Assembly (NCBI GenBank): GCA_963693055.1
Contig: OY843751.1
Span: 4,384,001-4,448,000, forward strand
Direction: 5' to 3'
Length of the DNA stretch: 64,000 nucleotides
Origin: a bacterium
GTDB taxonomy: Bacteria > Zhuqueibacterota > Zhuqueibacteria > Residuimicrobiales > Krinioviventaceae
Part shown: positions 10,850-21,126 of the stretch, in pieces
Position numbering within the stretch: the stretch's first letter is position 1
How the letters are laid out: every line of letters starts with the position of its first letter
The notes under the pieces: generated by a model
The model's database searches: none
Told to the model about the DNA's origin: nothing
The model's input: only the letters and a program-made list of their open reading frames with translations
Position numbers and translations under genes: made by a program

Positions 10850-11131
10850 TCAATCTCTAAAATAATAATTTAATATATCAATAACAGAATTGGGATCCAC
10901 TTGTGTATATTGGTCTTTATTGATTGTAATATTGGGTCCCGATGTGCACTGGCCTTCACATAAACAGCCGCACAATTCTACATTGGCTTCTATCTGATTT
11001 TCCTGCATATAATGCTGAATAATCTCCAAACTGCGCTTGTTACCTCTGGAATAGCAAGAGCTTCCCATACAAATTCTAATTTCAGTAATATTATCTCTAC
11101 TCATTTTATCCTCTTTGCGGCCCTTCCGCAT
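10850..11131 (-). CDS. Thioredoxin-like [2Fe-2S] ferredoxin (HfsA-like)
   Basis: CMGSSC...CEGQC..GP motif. Confidence 0.85.
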   Translation of the reverse strand: MRKGRKEDKMSRDNITEIRICMGSSCYSRGNKRSLEIIQHYMQENQIEANVELCGCLCEGQCTSGPNITINKDQYTQVDPNSVIDILNYYFRD

Positions 11132-11747
11132 TGGCGTTAGAAAAAACGTAAAAGATTACGGTTTCCAACTCCATTTCCAAATCCACGTGATTTATATAAA
11201 TATCATCCGGTGCTCTTAATGAGATGGGAGAAAAGTTCATAACGCCTTTAATACCCGCTTTTACCAGCAAATCAAGCGTTTCCTGAGCTGCCAGCGCAGG
11301 CACAGCAAGGATTGCCAGCTTTATCTGGTTTTCACGTATAAATGACTCCATTTCGTCTACTGAATATATCGGCACAGTTGCCTCAGAATTCAGTTTATTA
11401 TCATCTGCATCAAAAGCAGCGACGATTTTGATATTTTCTTTTTCAAAACCGGTATAGTTTAACAAAGCGTTGCCAATATTGCCATTCCCTACCAAAATCA
11501 CCGGTTGCACTTTGTCTTTGCACAGCAATGTTTCAATTTCAGCCAAAAGCTCATCTATCTGGTATCCTCCTTTTTTATTGCCGGATATACCAAAAACCGA
11601 AAAGTCTTTGCGTACCTGCGCAGGATTCACACCCGCCGCATCGGCAAGATTATCAGAGAACACCTTGACTACCCCTACGGACTTTAGTCTTTTCAGGGCA
11701 CTTTTGTAACGTGACAATCGGGTCACACTGTTCTTAAATGCATACAT
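11106..11747 (-). CDS. rex: Redox-sensing transcriptional repressor Rex
   Basis: RL..Y, QVRKDFS.FG, GY, GNGNIGNAL and NF motifs. Confidence 0.93.
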   Translation of the reverse strand: MYAFKNSVTRLSRYKSALKRLKSVGVVKVFSDNLADAAGVNPAQVRKDFSVFGISGNKKGGYQIDELLAEIETLLCKDKVQPVILVGNGNIGNALLNYTGFEKENIKIVAAFDADDNKLNSEATVPIYSVDEMESFIRENQIKLAILAVPALAAQETLDLLVKAGIKGVMNFSPISLRAPDDIYINHVDLEMELETVIFYVFSNANAEGPQRG

Positions 11748-11773
11748 TTTCCGCCTCCAACAATTAACGGAAC

Positions 11774-11802
11774 AAATTACATAATAAATTTCTTATTGTC
11801 AA
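11774..11802 (-). promoter_or_regulatory. Sigma70-type promoter of the rex-hydrogenase operon
   Basis: Minus strand TTGACA (11802-11797), 17-nt spacer, TAATTT as imperfect -10. Confidence 0.6.
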
Positions 11803-11830
11803 GTTTTATGTGAAAAAAATCACATAAAAC
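11803..11830. promoter_or_regulatory. Rex operator
   Basis: Palindrome GTTTTATGTGA-AAAAAA-TCACATAAAAC; its 18-bp core resembles the Rex consensus TTGTGAA-N4-TTCACAA and abuts the -35. Confidence 0.85.
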
Positions 11831-11975
11831 TGCAAAATATTATTTCCCGGTTAATGGTAAAGTAATGTATAAGATTTGACTTGATTTTAATGTGAAAATT
11901 TAAATTCGAGATTGCTATTTTAGGAGAGTATAACTGATATCCCAAATGGAATATCAGCAGTTCAGTACAATCAAT

Positions 11976-12266
11976 TCATTCTTGATTCAAATTGTTAATT
12001 TCTTTAGCCAGTTCCATATCTTTATCTGTTACTCCCCCTTCACTATGTGTGCTTAACGTAATGGTAACCTGGTTCCAGTTGTGCAGCAAAATATCAGGAT
12101 GATGGTCTTTTTCCTCAGCCAACTCGCCAATTTTGTTCACAAATGCCAACGCTGTTTTAAAATTCTCGAGATTAAATGCTTTGGTGATAAAAGAATCATG
12201 AAATTCCCAACCGGACATTTCTTTCATGGCTTGTAATATCTGTTCATCTGACAGTAGCATTTTCAT
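11976..12266 (-). CDS. phhB: Pterin-4a-carbinolamine dehydratase
   Basis: AEEKDHHPD and LSTHSEGGVTDKD motifs. Confidence 0.92.
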   Translation of the reverse strand: MKMLLSDEQILQAMKEMSGWEFHDSFITKAFNLENFKTALAFVNKIGELAEEKDHHPDILLHNWNQVTITLSTHSEGGVTDKDMELAKEINNLNQE

Positions 12267-12417
12267 TAAACTCCTTTACTTAAAATAACACAATCCACCT
12301 TTTATCCATTCCGACTGCCTGAAACAATTCCGTATCCACTGATCAGAGAATAAAAGCATAAATCCGATTTTTCTTGATTTTCAGTTCGTGTATCCGTATT
12401 ATTAACATTGGACACAC

Positions 12418-13005
12418 TTGCAGGAAATCGTGAATACGCAAAAGACTAAACATATTCAGGGCATTGGCCCTATTCAATTTGTACGCAGTTCAAGGGCCAA
12501 ACGGGTCAACATCTCTATTCGTCCCGACCAGGGTATACGTGTAGCCGTACCTCGCGGTATTTCATTCCAACGCGCCGAGCAACTGATTGAATCCAAATAC
12601 GATTGGATAAAAAGTCACCAGGAAAAACTCAAAGCCGCAGAAAAATTTCATGACAACTTGCAACAGCAAACCCCTGCCAGCACCATGAGTGTTAGAGAAG
12701 CTAAACTGTTAATTGCAAACCGGTTGAACAAGCTCTCAGAAAGATATGGTTTTTCTTATAACCGCTTGTTTATCAGGAACCAGAAAACACGTTGGGGCAG
12801 TTGTTCATCGGTTAATAATATCAACCTGAACATCAAGATTACCAAACTGCCTCCTGAACTTATGGATTATGTTATTCTGCACGAACTGGTCCATACGCGC
12901 ATTAAAAACCACAGTAAAAACTTTTGGAACGAGCTCGATTATTACGTAGGAAATGCCAAAGCGGTTGATAAGGAACTAAAGAAATTCAAACTAGAATATT
13001 TATGA
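12418..13005 (+). CDS. YgjP/DUF45 (M48-like) zinc metallohydrolase
   Basis: QKTRWGSCS, DYVILHELVH, NHS..FW motifs. Confidence 0.88.
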   Translation: MQEIVNTQKTKHIQGIGPIQFVRSSRAKRVNISIRPDQGIRVAVPRGISFQRAEQLIESKYDWIKSHQEKLKAAEKFHDNLQQQTPASTMSVREAKLLIANRLNKLSERYGFSYNRLFIRNQKTRWGSCSSVNNINLNIKITKLPPELMDYVILHELVHTRIKNHSKNFWNELDYYVGNAKAVDKELKKFKLEYL

Positions 13006-13012
13006 GTTAAAA

Positions 13013-14263
13013 ATGAATGATAAAAAAACAATAAACTCGGATCTAATTCCAGACAGACAAAAACTTGAAGATGCTTACAATGAAAACCTCGCTCTGTTTG
13101 AGATCGAACTGCGCAGGCTAACCCGAAAACTTAAAAAAAACCTTTCAGAGCACCAGACCAATGCAACAATAAAATCGCGAATCAAATCCTTTGACAGCTT
13201 TTTTGACAAGTTGTTAAATACCATACAAAATACCGGTACGAATGACATTGTTCTTACAGATATTATTGGAATTCGTATCATTACACCTTTTCTTGAAGAT
13301 CGCGATGGTGTAATCAAACTCTTGACCAATGAATTTAATGTTACCGAAATAGAAGCCAAAGGAGAAAAGCACTCTTTTAACGAGTTTGGCTATGACTCCA
13401 CCCATCTCCTGGCGGATTTGCCCGAGGGTTACCCCGCCATAAAAATGCCATATACCAAACCGGTATTTGAGATCCAGCTGCGTACCATTCTGCAGGAAGC
13501 CTGGGCAGAAGTGGAACATGAATTGATCTATAAGGCCAATTTCTCTCTATTAAACACCTCTATCCGTCGTAAACTGGCTTCGCTCAATGCAAGTCTTGCG
13601 CTTTCAGATGTTATCTTTCAGGAAATTCGCGACTATCAAAAAGAGATCCAAAATCTTGATGACAAGCGGCGCGAAATGCTTTTAAACAAGGTCAAAGAAA
13701 TCGATAAAATGCCGTTAATCGACAAAATTGCACCCAAGCAGGATCTTGAAGCGAATCTAAAAAAAGATATCAATTCCATTCAACCACAAAAAGAACTGGA
13801 TAAACTGATTTTTGAAGCACTGGATGCTCATAGCAACCAGCACTATTCTCAGGCAATTCAAATCTATTCTGAAATATTGAACCGGGAACTGGAGCCCAAA
13901 ATATCTTCAATTATTTTTAACCATCGGGGAATGGCGTATTTTGTACAATCCGAGTATGAAAGATCTATAGATGATTTCACCAATGCATTATATTTCAATC
14001 CCGAAAATTACAGGGCTTTGAACAACAGAGGCCTGGTTTACAAAATGGAATCGCAGCACGACAAGGCGCTGGCAGACTTTGAAGCTTCCATAGAGATTTT
14101 TCAAAACCAGGTAGACGGCTACTATGGATGCTCTCTCATCCATTACGATCTCGAAAATTATTCAAGCGCCATCACCTATTGCAACAAGGCGTTGAATATT
14201 AAACCAGATTTTTCACCAGCAAAACAATTAAAAAGCATCATTGCGTCTAAACTGTTTAGATAA
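13013..14263 (+). CDS. Small alarmone synthetase (RelA/SpoT synthetase domain) with C-terminal TPRs
   Basis: RIKS..S, DIIGIRI, GYDSTH, EIQLRT..QEAWAEVEH; TPR repeats (NHRGMAYF, NNRGLVY). Confidence 0.88.
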   Translation: MNDKKTINSDLIPDRQKLEDAYNENLALFEIELRRLTRKLKKNLSEHQTNATIKSRIKSFDSFFDKLLNTIQNTGTNDIVLTDIIGIRIITPFLEDRDGVIKLLTNEFNVTEIEAKGEKHSFNEFGYDSTHLLADLPEGYPAIKMPYTKPVFEIQLRTILQEAWAEVEHELIYKANFSLLNTSIRRKLASLNASLALSDVIFQEIRDYQKEIQNLDDKRREMLLNKVKEIDKMPLIDKIAPKQDLEANLKKDINSIQPQKELDKLIFEALDAHSNQHYSQAIQIYSEILNRELEPKISSIIFNHRGMAYFVQSEYERSIDDFTNALYFNPENYRALNNRGLVYKMESQHDKALADFEASIEIFQNQVDGYYGCSLIHYDLENYSSAITYCNKALNIKPDFSPAKQLKSIIASKLFR

Positions 14264-14343
14264 TTAAAAACAATTTGAAACTTTTTGCACGTTTCTCCGT
14301 ATGTTATTTGTTGGAAAATTAATCATTAAAAATGGAGTGAAAC

Positions 14344-16377
14344 GTGAAAAAAGTATTCATGCTTCTTACACTTTTCAGCTTTATCCTGGTAGCAGGATGT
14401 ACACAATCCCCTCAGACCACAAAAGCAATTGATCCCCAAAACATGGATCTAACCGTAAAACCGGGCGACGATTTTTATCAATACGCCAACGGTAACTGGA
14501 TCAAAAACCATCCCATTCCGGATGAATACAGCCGTTACGGCGCTTTTGAGTACCTGATTGAAGAAAACTACATCAAGGTTAAGGATGTTCTTACCAGTGC
14601 TGCAGCAAATAAAGATGCGGCAGAGGGCAGCCTTGAACAAAAGATTGGTGATTTTTACAGCACAGCAATGGACACAGTCGCCATTGAAAAAGCAGGGATT
14701 TCACCATTAAAAGCAGATCTTGAGCGCATTCAGGCAATCAAAACCCCGCAGGATATTATCAAACAAATGGCCTACATGCAAACACACCAAATGTATGCAC
14801 CCTTTGTAACCGCAGCATTTCAGGATGCCAAAAACACCGAAATGGTCATCATCCAAATAATGCAGGGTGGTCTGGGTCTCCCTGACCGGGATTATTACAC
14901 AGAAAAAGACGGTCGCTCACAAGAGATCCGCAAAGAATATCTCATTCATTTGAAAAAAATGTTCATCCTTGCAGGTGATGATGAAGCAGCAGCGCAAAAA
15001 GCCGCAGATGATGTAATGGCCTTTGAAACCCGACTGGCAGAAGCATCTATGAAGCTCATCGATCGTCGAGATCCCAACAAAACGTATAACAAAATGGACC
15101 TTGAACAGCTCAAAAAATATACCGGAAAATTTGACTGGGACCTCTATTTTGATTCTATTGATATGAACAATCCGGGTGGCATGAACATTCGCCAGACCGG
15201 TTTTATCAAAGAGATGGCCAAAATGGTTTACGATACCCCGGTAGACAACTGGAAGACCTATTTCCGCTGGCACCTGCTTGATCAAAATTCTGGTTACCTG
15301 AGTGATGACTTTGTAAACCAAAATTTTGATTTCTTTGGCCGCGTGCTTTCAGGCACCAAAGCCCTGCAGCCCCGCTGGAAACGTATGCTGCAAACTACAA
15401 GTGGCGAAATGGGCGAAGCGGTGGGGCAATTGTATGTTCAAAAATACTTTCCACCCGAAGCAAAATCCCGCATGGTTGAACTGGTGGAAAATTTAAAATA
15501 TGCTCTGGGTGAACGTATTAAAACCCTGGATTGGATGAGCGACGAAACCAAAGTCAAGGCCCTGGCAAAACTGGACAAAATGGGTTATAAAATCGGGTAT
15601 CCCGATAAATGGACCGATTACAGTACATTAGAAATCAAAGATGACTCATTCTTTGCAAACACCATGCGTACCCGTCACTTTAATTTCCAATACGAAATGA
15701 ACAAGGCCGGTAAACCGGTTGACCGTACCGAATGGCACATGTCTCCGCAAACCGTAAATGCCTACTATTCACCTACCATGAACGAAGTAGTGTTCCCTGC
15801 GGCAATTTTGCAGCCGCCTTTCTTTGACATGGCAGCAGACGATGCGGTTAACTATGGTGCAATCGGTTTGGTGATTGGTCATGAGATGACCCACGGATTT
15901 GACGACAAGGGCCGCCAATACGATCTGAACGGTAACATCAATGACTGGTGGACTGAAAAAGATGGTGAACGTTTTAAAGAACGCTCACAGATCCTGGTTG
16001 ATCAGTTCAACAACATGACCGTTTTTGATTCTTTGCATGTGGATGGCAAACTCACCCTGGGTGAAAACATTGCTGATCTGGGTGGATTAAATGTATCTTA
16101 TACCGCATATCTCAAATCCCTTGAAGGTAAAGAAACTCCGGCACCTATTGATGGATTAACCGACAAGCAGCGTTTCTTTATTGGTTACGCGCAGCTCTGG
16201 CGCCAAACCATCCGCGATAAAGAACTGATGCGTCGATTAAAAGAAGATGTACACTCTCCCGGCAATTTTAGAGTAAATGGTCCCTTGACCAACATGCCCG
16301 AATTTTATGCCGCCTTTGATGTACAACCCGGCAACCCCATGTACCGCAAAGCAGAAGATCGAGCAAAGATCTGGTAA
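14344..16377 (+). CDS. M13 (neprilysin/PepO) zinc endopeptidase, lipoprotein
   Basis: Lipobox VAGC, PGDDFY, VNAYY, HEMTH, GENIAD. Confidence 0.94.
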   Translation: MKKVFMLLTLFSFILVAGCTQSPQTTKAIDPQNMDLTVKPGDDFYQYANGNWIKNHPIPDEYSRYGAFEYLIEENYIKVKDVLTSAAANKDAAEGSLEQKIGDFYSTAMDTVAIEKAGISPLKADLERIQAIKTPQDIIKQMAYMQTHQMYAPFVTAAFQDAKNTEMVIIQIMQGGLGLPDRDYYTEKDGRSQEIRKEYLIHLKKMFILAGDDEAAAQKAADDVMAFETRLAEASMKLIDRRDPNKTYNKMDLEQLKKYTGKFDWDLYFDSIDMNNPGGMNIRQTGFIKEMAKMVYDTPVDNWKTYFRWHLLDQNSGYLSDDFVNQNFDFFGRVLSGTKALQPRWKRMLQTTSGEMGEAVGQLYVQKYFPPEAKSRMVELVENLKYALGERIKTLDWMSDETKVKALAKLDKMGYKIGYPDKWTDYSTLEIKDDSFFANTMRTRHFNFQYEMNKAGKPVDRTEWHMSPQTVNAYYSPTMNEVVFPAAILQPPFFDMAADDAVNYGAIGLVIGHEMTHGFDDKGRQYDLNGNINDWWTEKDGERFKERSQILVDQFNNMTVFDSLHVDGKLTLGENIADLGGLNVSYTAYLKSLEGKETPAPIDGLTDKQRFFIGYAQLWRQTIRDKELMRRLKEDVHSPGNFRVNGPLTNMPEFYAAFDVQPGNPMYRKAEDRAKIW

Positions 16378-16395
16378 GCTTTTTCAAGTAATCTT

Positions 16396-16445
16396 AAATA
16401 AAAACCCCGCTTCCTGATAATATCAAGAATCGGGGTTTTTTATTT
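16396..16445 (+). terminator. Intrinsic terminator after the M13 peptidase
   Basis: AAAAACCCCG...CGGGGTTTTTT hairpin. Confidence 0.7.
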
Positions 16446-16487
16446 ACAGAAGACAAATTCACATGGAAAGATAAAAAAATCCCAGAA

Positions 16488-16535
16488 CGGTCCCTGAGTG
16501 TCCCGAACTTGCTTCGGGACGTATCGAAGGGCCGG
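16488..16535. repeat. REP-like hairpin element A, copy 1
   Basis: CGGTCCCTGAGTG-[hairpin GTCCCGAA/TTCGGGAC]-GTATCGAAGGGCCGG; its reverse complement matches the arms of 19492-19544. Confidence 0.7.
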
Positions 16536-16552
16536 CATTCTAAATTTATCCT

Positions 16553-16577
16553 GGTTCCAAGGCTCTGCCTTGGAACC
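16553..16577. repeat. REP-like perfect hairpin
   Basis: GGTTCCAAGGC-TCT-GCCTTGGAACC, 11-bp arms, no U-tract. Confidence 0.6.
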
Positions 16578-16583
16578 CAACTT

Positions 16584-16637
16584 GATCGCGATGCAGATCC
16601 CTGCATCGCAGATCATCCATCCGGGACACTCGTCCCG
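16584..16637. repeat. 54-bp twin-hairpin repeat B, copy 1
   Basis: GCGATGCAG/CTGCATCGC and CGGGAC/GTCCCG stems; second copy at 40728-40781. Confidence 0.7.
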
Positions 16638-17240
16638 TAACATTAAATTCTGAATCTCCTACAATATTCTGCTTACAAGATCAGAAAAGTCCTGCATAAT
16701 ATTTCACTCGGCATAAATATGCCGGGCGATCAGATTTTAAGGAGCGGGGTTTTGTTTTTTTAAATTAACAAATCACAAAAAATACGGATAAAACGAATTT
16801 GCGCGTATAAAATATGTACCTTCTGCGTCCAAAACTCCTGTTTTGTGACGCAACTAACACGCGAAACTCTGTTTCGCAATAATAAATTATCCCACACCTC
16901 AGAAAAAAAATTAGAGACTCAAAAAGTGAGTGTAATAATTCTGTGTATCTTATTACTAAACACATTTTATATTATTTTCTTGCATGTTTTTACAAAAATA
17001 TATTAATTATACTATACAAATTAAAACTGACATGGGGAATTCTGGGTGGAAATGGATACTAATTCATTACATTAAAATTCTTAATATGTTTGAAATTCTA
17101 GTGTTATTTACTATATCAGGGATACGCTAAAACCCCCAAAACTAGGATTTTTGTATCTGTTTTAAATCAAGCCTTGTGCTCCGTTTCTACGCTTCGAGTT
17201 TAACAAGTGTAAGCCCCAAATATGACTATGGAGTATTTAT

Positions 17241-19124
17241 ATGACAAATGAAGAAATTGCAAGATTTTTCAGTGAAACTGAAGTTAATCTTACAGAGAAC
17301 ACCAGATTACGTGAACCACAAATTGAAGGATATCAAGCTGTAAGAGATTTCTTTTCTAATGGAATGAGTGGACATGCAATACTCCAAATACCCGTTGGTT
17401 GTGGAAAAACAGGATTAATGAGCATTTTACCGTTTGGCTTAGCCAATGGCCGGATTCTCGTAATAACACCCAATATAGAGATAAGAAATGGTGTAACTGA
17501 TGCCTTAGATTTTAATAATAGCAGTTGCTTCTGGCGAAATGTTGATTTTTTACAAAACTTCCAAAATGGGCCATTCAGAACTGTGTTAGATAGCAGAGAC
17601 GCGAATTTACATGATTGTAACAACGCTCATTTCGTAGTTACAAATATTCATCAATTAGCAAGCTCCGCAGAAAGATGGTTACCACAATTCCCAGACAACT
17701 ATTTCGATTTAATCCTTGTAGATGAAGGTCATCATAATGTTGCAAATAGTTGGCAAAGAGTATTTGATAAATTTCCAGATGCAAAAATTGTTAGTCTTAC
17801 TGCTACACCTTTTAGGTCAGATGGTCAGATAATTAATGGGCAAAATATATATAGATATGCCTTCTCTAGAGCAATGAGAAGAGGATATATAAAACAATTA
17901 ACTTCAATTAATGCAGCTCCTTCCGAAATTTACTTTACTTATCAAGGCAATGAGCACCATCATACCCTGCAAGAAGTACTAGCTCTCCGCGAAGAAGCTT
18001 GGTTCAGAAATGGGGTTGCGCTTTCCAGAGAAACTAACATTAGCATTGTTGATGCAAGCATTCAGTGTCTACAACGGATTAGACAAACTGGTTTCAACCA
18101 CCAAATTGTTGCTGCCTGTTGCTCTATTAACCATGCACGTGAAGTTGCTTCTCTTTATAGAGAACGTGGTTTTAATGCATCACATATTTCAAGTCATATG
18201 AAAAGAGAAGAACGAGACGAGGTCATTAATAATTTACGATCAAACAGAATAGACGTAATAGTTCAAGTTCAAATATTGGGCGAAGGATTCGATCACCCTC
18301 CACTTAGTGTTGCGGCTATATTCCGTCCATTTAGAAACTTATCACCTTATGTTCAGTTTGTTGGTAGGGTCATGAGGGTTGTTCAACAGAATTCACCATA
18401 TCATCCAGACAATGAAGGAATTGTAGTATCACACATTGGGCTTCAACAAGATGAAAGATGGAATGATTTCAAACTTTTTGACAATGATGACCAGATTCTA
18501 TTTGCAGAATTACTTAATAGTGAAGAAACTGAATTAACTAATATAACTAATCCAGAAACAGAAAATAGAAATAGAGAAAGACGAAGAATTCGCCCCAATA
18601 TGACTGTAATTGATGAAGTAATTGACAGTTTCATAACTGATGATTTTCTCGATTTAAATGATCAGGGGGCAATAGATGAAGCAATTCATCAGATTGGTCA
18701 ATTATTAGGTGTTTCCGCAGAAGATCTAGGTTTAACTCGTGAAGAATTAATTGGAAGGCTTTTAGCTGCAAGGCAGAGAGCTGAATTGAAACCTCAACAA
18801 ATACCTGTTCAACCACAAGAAGCAAGAAAAGAAAGAAGACGAAGACTTAACGAAGAAACTCGCTCTGTAGCTGGTAGAATCATTCAAGCCCTTAATCTTG
18901 CACCTCAAGCTCCAAATTTAGTTCCATTGTTCCCTCAATTTGCCTCAAGAAATAATATTGGTGTAATAATTAGATTAATGCACCATTATGTTAATGAAAG
19001 AATGGGATTTGAATCTGGAATTAAGGGTGAACTATCGATTGACCAATTAGATGCTGCTATTAATATTCTTGATGATATTGGTGATCAAGTTCAGGAAGAA
19101 ATATTTACTCGTTTGAATAGGTAA
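17241..19124 (+). CDS. SF2 (ResIII/DEAD-like) helicase/ATPase with helical C-terminus
   Basis: LREPQ, PVGCGKT, DEGHH, TATP, LGEGFDHP, QFVGRVMR; AT-rich codon usage. Confidence 0.9.
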   Translation: MTNEEIARFFSETEVNLTENTRLREPQIEGYQAVRDFFSNGMSGHAILQIPVGCGKTGLMSILPFGLANGRILVITPNIEIRNGVTDALDFNNSSCFWRNVDFLQNFQNGPFRTVLDSRDANLHDCNNAHFVVTNIHQLASSAERWLPQFPDNYFDLILVDEGHHNVANSWQRVFDKFPDAKIVSLTATPFRSDGQIINGQNIYRYAFSRAMRRGYIKQLTSINAAPSEIYFTYQGNEHHHTLQEVLALREEAWFRNGVALSRETNISIVDASIQCLQRIRQTGFNHQIVAACCSINHAREVASLYRERGFNASHISSHMKREERDEVINNLRSNRIDVIVQVQILGEGFDHPPLSVAAIFRPFRNLSPYVQFVGRVMRVVQQNSPYHPDNEGIVVSHIGLQQDERWNDFKLFDNDDQILFAELLNSEETELTNITNPETENRNRERRRIRPNMTVIDEVIDSFITDDFLDLNDQGAIDEAIHQIGQLLGVSAEDLGLTREELIGRLLAARQRAELKPQQIPVQPQEARKERRRRLNEETRSVAGRIIQALNLAPQAPNLVPLFPQFASRNNIGVIIRLMHHYVNERMGFESGIKGELSIDQLDAAINILDDIGDQVQEEIFTRLNR

Positions 19125-19128
19125 TAAA

Positions 19129-19347
19129 ATGTCAGCGATTAAACAAATTATTTCAACATGCTATTTCGAGTCTGCAAAAAGATTAAGACATTGTTCTAGA
19201 AACAAAAAGCATCTTATATCAAAAAATGAAAAGTGTTTTGTTGTAAAAGAGCAAATGAATAAAAAGAGCTATTGCATGGAGTGTGCATTAATTATTCTTA
19301 ATAAAGCTAAACAAGATATTAATGAGTTATACGATCAATGTGATTAG
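19129..19347 (+). CDS. Small putative zinc-finger protein
   Basis: Starts 4 nt after the helicase stop; C22-x5-H28-x20-C49-x2-C52 followed by an amphipathic helix. Confidence 0.7.
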   Translation: MSAIKQIISTCYFESAKRLRHCSRNKKHLISKNEKCFVVKEQMNKKSYCMECALIILNKAKQDINELYDQCD

Positions 19348-19491
19348 AAGCAATTGTTAAAAATTAGTTATATATCAAACAATAGCCTAATCCAACACAA
19401 CCCCATCAGTGAAAATCCGTGTCAATCCGTGGCTAAATCAATCTTTTCCAAACAATAGGCGATGTCCAAAATATACTACTCTTGAAAAACA

Positions 19492-19544
19492 CCGGTGCTT
19501 CGATACGCTCGTCCGCTTTTAGCGGACTCGCACTCAGCAACCGG
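19492..19544. repeat. REP-like hairpin element A, copy 2 (inverted relative to copy 1)
   Basis: CCGGTGCTTCGATACG-[hairpin GTCCGCT/AGCGGAC]-CACTCAGCAACCGG. Confidence 0.7.
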
Positions 19545-19578
19545 CTCTTCATTTTTTTAATAATTATAAAACCGGTCC

Positions 19579-20994
<1,416 letters not shown>

Positions 20995-21126
20995 ATATAA
21001 ACTCCTTTTTTAATCATATATCTTCTTTTTAAAAATAAACATAAATCCAAAAAAAGCAATACAATAAAACAAAAAATCATGGTGATGGAATTTATGCTCT
21101 ATTCAAATTCCATATATCAAATTTTG

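Noticed and set aside
16394-16965. Short ORFs 16394-16606, 16440-16643 and 16765-16965
   Set aside because: They run through terminator and palindromic repeats; probably spurious.
17150-17220. Possible integron attC-like site before the helicase (GTAAGCC resembling GTTRRRY)
   Set aside because: No convincing inverse core site or paired L boxes, and no integrase in the window.
17241-19124. Helicase as a type I/III restriction subunit
   Set aside because: No methyltransferase or specificity gene adjacent and no clear PD-(D/E)xK motif.
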